Positions 53,898-54,217 of a stretch of DNA of 54,217 nucleotides are shown one piece after another (within the stretch, counting starts at the first letter, position 1; every line of letters starts with the position of its first letter). Origin of the DNA: an uncultured virus (IMG/VR IMGVR_UViG_3300024354_000012). Lineage: Duplodnaviria; Heunggongvirae; Uroviricota; Caudoviricetes. The stretch is from IMG/VR virus record IMGVR_UViG_3300024354_000012; one strand, 5' to 3'. The position numbers were made by a program, and so were the translations under genes. Below the pieces are notes generated by a model. The model saw only the letters and a list, made by a program, of their open reading frames with translations. It had not been told where the DNA came from and ran no database searches.

Positions 53898-54217
53898 ATT
53901 GGACTCTTATTGTAATAGGTCTGTCCTAACGAAATAGATTCAGAATAAAGATCTAATATGTATTCGCTTTGATCTTTATCAAAATAGGCCCAGTTTAAAC
54001 CTAGTTCTAATTTTATTTTTTCACCTAGTGATTTTATTTCTTCTACAAGACCCTTGTCGTTATCATCAACATAGGGTTTCACATACTGACTATAGATTCC
54101 CTGTAATATGTCAAAGTCTCTAACTTCACGATAGTCCCAATCTGTACAATAGGCTAACCATGTACCTAATCTCGCACCATATATAGCATAAAGCCCATTA
54201 TTAACGTGAGCCCCTAC
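53879..54217 (-). CDS. C-terminal part of a paralogue of the adjacent GT-like protein (5'-truncated)
   Basis: Frame is open to the window edge: ...NGLYAIYGARLG...VRDFDIL, resembling SLKGARAG...INDFVWL of the neighbour. Confidence 0.6.
   Translation of the reverse strand, partial: VGAHVNNGLYAIYGARLGTWLAYCTDWDYREVRDFDILQGIYSQYVKPYVDDNDKGLVEEIKSLGEKIKLELGLNWAYFDKDQSEYILDLYSESISLGQTYYNKSPIWKNFS

Noticed and set aside
1..54217. Stop-codon reassignment (TAG rare as stop)
   Set aside because: Genes are full-length and tightly packed under the standard code; clpA ends in TAG.
1..54217. tRNA genes, CRISPR arrays, integrase/transposase, homing endonucleases
   Set aside because: Intergenic gaps are short, with no cloverleaf or repeat-spacer pattern; no such protein motifs were seen, and the polymerase and clamp loader have no visible insertions.

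Overview
A 54-kb segment of a large, AT-rich dsDNA tailed phage (T4-superfamily/jumbo-like myovirus). The host is Gram-negative (spanins) and possibly betaproteobacterial (ErpA-like gene). Almost all genes are on the + strand. In order, it carries: a giant tail/baseplate protein (5'-truncated) and other virion genes; a stand-alone DnaE fragment, GroES, MazG-like NTP-PPase, MBD4-like glycosylase, clamp loader and inverted phoH; spanins and holin; DnaJ, peptide deformylase and ClpA; a 6.5-kb cluster of probable capsid-internal proteins with shared N-terminal leaders and Glu-delimited modules; a GH19 endolysin; family-B DNA polymerase and sliding clamp; a 7-deazaguanine cluster (TGT/DpdA-like, DpdL/QueD-like, GT-B glycosyltransferase, FolE, PRTase, HIT, QueE, no QueC in the window); RNase H, ThyX and BI-1; and the end of a minus-strand radical-SAM/glycosyltransferase block. 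Both sigma70-type and T4-late-type (TAAATA) promoters are visible. The most striking observations are: (1) two tandem ~145-aa phycobiliprotein-like domains, with the bilin-attachment CxRD motif, inside the giant virion protein; (2) a clamp-binding motif shared by the polymerase and the DpdA-like transglycosylase; (3) the head-internal polyprotein/leader system; (4) tandem 8-nt-loop hairpins at the polymerase RBS. All calls come from motif recognition by eye; no searches were run.
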